Below are positions 63,721 to 64,000 of a stretch of DNA of 64,000 nt, one piece after another. The stretch lies in the IMG/VR virus record IMGVR_UViG_3300020186_000013, positions 1 to 64,000 of that record; one strand, written 5' to 3'. Below the pieces are notes generated by a model. That model saw only the letters and a program-made list of their open reading frames with translations. It did no database searches and was not told where the DNA came from. The translations under genes were made by a program, and so were the position numbers. Position 1 is the stretch's first letter, and each line of letters starts with the position of its first letter.

Positions 63721-64000
63721 CGTCTCTCCGTTGGATGTAGTTGGCCGTCAGCCAGACGACCTCCGCTTCCTTCGCCACGCCCTCGCGGTCGAACGTGTGT
63801 GTCAGGCAGACCCGGTACTTCTCGTCGCCCGTGGCGTCAGCCAGGTGGCTGAAGTCCACGTAGAACCGACCGGCGTTCGGGCCGTCCTCCACCGTATTGA
63901 TGATGGACGCCCGCCGCCGGCTGGCGGCAAAGTCCGGTCCAAACGCCTTCTCCCATGGGAAGTTGTCGTCGTGGATTGCCCGGACCTTGCCGCCTGGTGA
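63632..64000 (-). CDS. hypothetical protein, 5'-partial
   Basis: Frame open to window end (VRAIHDD...RRAS...). Confidence 0.5.
   Translation of the reverse strand, partial: SPGGKVRAIHDDNFPWEKAFGPDFAASRRRASIINTVEDGPNAGRFYVDFSHLADATGDEKYRVCLTHTFDREGVAKEAEVVWLTANYIQRRDDVQPPIGEDGRAGRSEADREAAQDQEGDQ

Overview
This is a GC-rich, densely coded, almost entirely minus-strand segment of a large (probably jumbo) dsDNA phage genome. The host is most likely a planctomycete (Gemmataceae-like), because two genes carry the Gemmata-type '...PILADxLxxAG...HxxGCWxLDxLL' domain. 1-29 kb is a replication/recombination/nucleotide-metabolism block: DEDDh exonuclease (partial, absent from the ORF track), MazG-like protein, intein-containing ThyX, GT2 glycosyltransferase, RecA, a very acidic SSB-like protein, dNMP kinase, UDG-fused family A DNA polymerase, primase, DnaB, SF2 helicase, Rad50/Mre11 and split HldE (ADP-heptose) genes. 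29-64 kb is mostly small accessory ORFs, plus dCTP deaminase, a stand-alone RNAP alpha-CTD, GNAT, RNase H, a + strand intein-containing terminase large subunit, a ParB-like protein, a second primase-like protein, a sigma70-like gene with an in-frame stop and a SAM methyltransferase-like gene. The most unusual signals are: (1) a LAGLIDADG homing endonuclease encoded in the +1 frame inside the terminase intein, with both frames open for ~900 nt; (2) an adjacent Nop/IS110-like (Tas-like) gene and RAMP (Cas7-like) gene inside the replication operon, with no CRISPR, TIGR or pentamer array visible in the window; (3) a 16-bp palindrome (idealised TAGAAACCGGTTTCTA) recurring at gene junctions; (4) a ~600-bp non-coding region with about 11 CTAAGTTCGAT-like boxes (candidate origin). 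All family assignments come from motif recognition by eye; no searches were run.
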